From Lachnospiraceae bacterium (GTDB lineage Bacteria > Bacillota > Clostridia > Lachnospirales > Lachnospiraceae), in contig JAFYWF010000116.1 of assembly GCA_017558145.1 (NCBI GenBank), forward strand, positions 4,415 through 68,414: DNA of 64,000 nucleotides, in the 5' to 3' direction. The notes under the pieces were generated by a model. That model had not been told where the DNA came from. It ran no database searches and worked only from the letters and a program-made list of their open reading frames with translations. The number at the start of each line of letters is the position of its first letter. Positions within the stretch are counted from its first letter, which is position 1. Shown here in pieces: positions 61,331-64,000 of the stretch. Made by a program: the position numbers and the translations under genes.

Positions 61331-62497
61331 TCTTCGTATCATATCCACCATTCGATTGACATAACCATGGTATTCTTTTACTTTTTTATAACCATTCAAC
61401 GCAATTTTTACTCTCTCATCCTCATGGGTCAAATAGTAAAAACATTTATCCACCAATTCTTCTAAACTACTATAAGCTTCCAAATCTACTCCAATATCAA
61501 ATAATTCCGGAAGCTCTGCTTGAAAATTCGTCATACAAAATCCACCACAACCCATAATATCAAAGATACGAAGTGGTAAACCTGTCTGGATTGGTTTGAT
61601 GGTCATGTTTAAATTTATTTTACTTAAGTGAAATATTTTAGGCATTTCTGTCAGAGTTTTCACTCCTTCATGAACATGTACATTTTTTAACTTAGAAGTA
61701 TCACTTCTGGTGTACAAATCTACATTAAAATATTGCGCCAATGTATTCAGTGTTCGAATACGGTCCTTTTCTGCTGCCTCCATCCCAAGATAAGAATGGG
61801 CTACTATAAATTTATCGGTATCTAATAGACTATCTTTTGGAGAATAAAAGTTAGAATCTGCCTTTTTTATGTCTTTAACTATTTCTTGTGTTATGGTTTC
61901 TTCCATAAAGTTATATCCCATAACCTTTAAAGATGCTTCTACCACACCGTCAATATAGCCTATCGTAAATTCTGATAATTTATCACCCATTTTTCTCAAT
62001 GGATTTTTTTCGATATAAAGAGAACCTACAAAAGAAATATCACTACTAAATTTTTCTTTCTCACTTTTTTTAATCTCTGCAATTACTTTGTCAAATCTTT
62101 CTGTAGCTGCTGCCAAAGGTAAATAAAAAACACCATCCGGATTCAAGGGATGAATTGCTTCATATTGTGCCCGATCAAAAAGAAAAATTCGATTGGTACT
62201 ATGTTGTACTGATCTGGAAAATAATTCCGGAACCGGACAGTCCACTGTCCAACAAAGGTATTTCGTTCCATAAATCTGACAGATATCTGCAATAGATGGG
62301 AAAAAATTGATACTAAAAACAAACATTGGATGGTATTGATCCAATGCCTGTTTTACTAATTTTACTTGATCGGAAGGTAGGAGACCCTTCTGATCAATTT
62401 CTGTTGTTTCTTCTATCACATTTAGCCCCATTTTTTGAAAAGCTTCTACAATATCGGGCTCACAAATACTGCCATAACGGTAAATTAATATGTTCAC
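61319..62497 (-). CDS. CgeB-family glycosyltransferase, copy 3; GTG start
   Basis: PLAAATER, DISFVGSLY, KINLNMTI, GLPLRIFDIMGCGGF and DERVKIALNG. Confidence 0.6.
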   Translation of the reverse strand: MNILIYRYGSICEPDIVEAFQKMGLNVIEETTEIDQKGLLPSDQVKLVKQALDQYHPMFVFSINFFPSIADICQIYGTKYLCWTVDCPVPELFSRSVQHSTNRIFLFDRAQYEAIHPLNPDGVFYLPLAAATERFDKVIAEIKKSEKEKFSSDISFVGSLYIEKNPLRKMGDKLSEFTIGYIDGVVEASLKVMGYNFMEETITQEIVKDIKKADSNFYSPKDSLLDTDKFIVAHSYLGMEAAEKDRIRTLNTLAQYFNVDLYTRSDTSKLKNVHVHEGVKTLTEMPKIFHLSKINLNMTIKPIQTGLPLRIFDIMGCGGFCMTNFQAELPELFDIGVDLEAYSSLEELVDKCFYYLTHEDERVKIALNGYKKVKEYHGYVNRMVDMIRRVVE

Positions 62498-62554
62498 CTT
62501 AATCTTTTTTAGCTCCTTTTAATTCTCGATACTTTATTGACAATATAATATTAT

Positions 62555-62860
62555 TTAGTTAACTTCAAAATCCAAACACATTCTTATCTTAGTATAAGGT
62601 CTTACTTTTCCATCTGCCACAGCTACATGCTCTGGATGAGTTGCATATAATTTTAATGCTTCTTCATTTTCAAAAGTAGAATCTAACATTACTTCTGCAT
62701 TGGAAGAAGCCAGTCCTTCAATCTGTACTTTAATTTCTGTCAGTCCTGGAATTTTTCCTGCCAAACCTTCTAAACCTTCTTTGATTCCTTTTTTTACTTC
62801 CTGTTTTTCTTTCGCAGTTAATTCATCCTTCAATTGCCATAAAATAATGTGTTTTACCAT
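62555..62860 (-). CDS. Dabb (stress-responsive alpha/beta barrel) domain protein
   Basis: 101 aa. MVKHIILWQLKDELT...FENEEALKLYATHPEHVAV. Confidence 0.75.
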   Translation of the reverse strand: MVKHIILWQLKDELTAKEKQEVKKGIKEGLEGLAGKIPGLTEIKVQIEGLASSNAEVMLDSTFENEEALKLYATHPEHVAVADGKVRPYTKIRMCLDFEVN

Positions 62861-62934
62861 GTTTTTCCCTCTCTTTACTTTTTAAATTTATTTATGAAAT
62901 TAATATAAGTATATTTTCTTAGTCTATCTATTTT

Positions 62935-63810
62935 TTATTCCATTCCATACATTTTTAACATCTCGTCAATGACATACGCTACTCCGTCTTCTTCGTTAGA
63001 CTTAGTAATATATTTCGCTAATTTTTTTATTTCTTCATCAGCGTTAGCCATAGCTATAGTAGCGCCAAAATCCATTTCCATCATGGAATAATCGTTTAAG
63101 CTATCCCCTAATACCATGACTTCATCCATGGTATATCCTAATGACTCGATATATTTTTTTAATATGGGTCCCTTTTGCGCTCTAATGTCAGTTACCTCTA
63201 AATTATTTTTAAAAGAAGAACTAACGGCAATATCTCCTTTTTCTTCCAATTCTATTTTTATAGTTTGAAGCATATCTACATCATCCGAAACCAGAAACAT
63301 TTTCGTGATTGGGATATCATTTTTTCTTAATGCTTCAAAATCTTTTACTTCCTTTGTTTTGTCCCACATCATTTTATACAGTGGTGATTTTCTTAATTCA
63401 TCTCTGTCTTTTGTATCATGAAAATATTTAATATAATCTAAGATTCCTTGATCCGCTTCTTCAAATGATCCAATAATATAATTTTTTTCTTCACTACAAA
63501 ACATAATTCCTAAAGGATATTTTTTTATCTTTTCATACAAATACTCACATTGATCAAAAGAAAGTGCAAGTGACAACCAAACCTCTTGCTTTGGATTACG
63601 GATTTCTGCTCCACTACTTAAGATATAATCACAAACCAAATCTGTTTTCCCAAGGGGTTCCAAAGCGCTGACATAGTTTCGTCCTGTTACTACCATAAAT
63701 CGAATTCCTTGTTTACAAGCTCTTTTTAAGCTTTCTATTGTTTTTTCACTGAATACATGATTGTTATTTAATAGTGTTCCATCCATATCACTGGCAATTA
63801 CTTTAATCAT
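62935..63810 (-). CDS. Cof-type HAD-IIB phosphatase
   Basis: VIASDMDGTLLNNNH...VVTGRNY...LGDSLNDYSMMEM. Confidence 0.85.
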   Translation of the reverse strand: MIKVIASDMDGTLLNNNHVFSEKTIESLKRACKQGIRFMVVTGRNYVSALEPLGKTDLVCDYILSSGAEIRNPKQEVWLSLALSFDQCEYLYEKIKKYPLGIMFCSEEKNYIIGSFEEADQGILDYIKYFHDTKDRDELRKSPLYKMMWDKTKEVKDFEALRKNDIPITKMFLVSDDVDMLQTIKIELEEKGDIAVSSSFKNNLEVTDIRAQKGPILKKYIESLGYTMDEVMVLGDSLNDYSMMEMDFGATIAMANADEEIKKLAKYITKSNEEDGVAYVIDEMLKMYGME

Positions 63811-63846
63811 CCATTTATCCTCTTTTTCATTACTATCTATTTTTAA

Positions 63847-64000
63847 TTATTCCATAATACCAAATTCAAGATAAAGTTTTTTTCTTACTTCTTCATCCTT
63901 CGTGGCTAATTCTATATCTGATAATCTATTTTCCACAAGTAAACGGAAAATTAATTCCGATAATTTTATTTCTCCTTCGGCTCTTCCTTCGGCTCTTCCT
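63847..64000 (-). CDS. C-terminal fragment (gene start outside the window) of a probable third Rpn-family protein
   Basis: Hand translation gives ...GRAEGRAEGEIKLSELIFRLLVENRLSDIELATKDEEVRKKLYLEFGIME* (stop rc 63847-63849). The EGRAEG x2 is encoded by a 12-bp tandem repeat (63973-63996). Compare GRQEGRQEA in copy 2. Confidence 0.45.
   Translation of the reverse strand, partial: GRAEGRAEGEIKLSELIFRLLVENRLSDIELATKDEEVRKKLYLEFGIME

Noticed and set aside
14842-62497. Interpreting the island as a teichoic-acid, capsule or S-layer glycan locus rather than a flagellin glycosylation locus
   Set aside because: TagF, LicD and CTase genes would fit a wall polymer. However, I see no exporter, flippase, polymerase, ligase (LCP) or priming transferase. 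The flagellin gene is embedded, and three glycan operons carry flagellar-type promoters. A wall polymer cannot be fully excluded, because such genes could lie outside the window.

Overview
AT-rich Firmicutes/Clostridia-type DNA; the flagellin and gene content look Lachnospiraceae-like, but no organism can be assigned without a search. All calls rest on motif recognition in the supplied ORF translations plus my own reading of intergenic DNA. No database search or folding program was used. The window has three parts. (1) nt 1-5241 is the right-hand part of an integrative mobilizable element. It carries an XRE regulator, a MobV relaxase, an orphan MazF/PemK-like toxin and a tyrosine integrase, and it abuts the 3' end of a two-component system. 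(2) nt 5242-14700 is ordinary chromosome: OmpR-type RR and HK, PerR plus reverse rubrerythrin with a remnant of a second rubrerythrin, a VOC protein, a PilZ protein, a membrane protein, an acyl-CoA carboxyltransferase and a CitE-like lyase. (3) nt 14842-62497 is a ~48 kb glycan island wrapped around a single short flagellin gene (52635-53495). It holds 17 glycosyltransferase-like ORFs (8 GT2, 2 GT8, 4 GT-B/GT4-like, 3 CgeB-like), 2 LicD and 1-2 TagF-like phosphotransferases, and a WbpB/E/D-like diacetamido-sugar trio. It also holds three separate CDP-X/phosphodiester modules, 3 SAM-methyltransferase domains and several unusual domain fusions. I recognise no flippase, polymerase, ABC exporter or priming transferase. 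Four sigma-D/sigma-28-type promoters (TAAA/TAAG-N15-17-CCGATAT) are readable: one at the flagellin gene and three at glycan operons. Two of the glycan operons carry the same ~130-nt leader, with twin GGA-loop hairpins and a terminator-like hairpin. The flagellin leader has CsrA-type sites, and one LicD gene shares the flagellin Shine-Dalgarno block as an identical 16-mer. My main candidate for a new system is a flagellin O-glycosylation island whose glycan supply is wired into the SigD/CsrA flagellin circuit through a duplicated, undescribed leader RNA. Other observations are a ~90-aa Rossmann-like module shuffled into five different enzymes, three GC-rich structured inserts, and a HigB/HigA-ImmA cassette with a 33-bp palindromic operator. 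There are also three Rpn-family (PD-(D/E)XK) paralogs, one of them bracketed by ~25-bp inverted repeats. No rRNA, tRNA or CRISPR array was seen.
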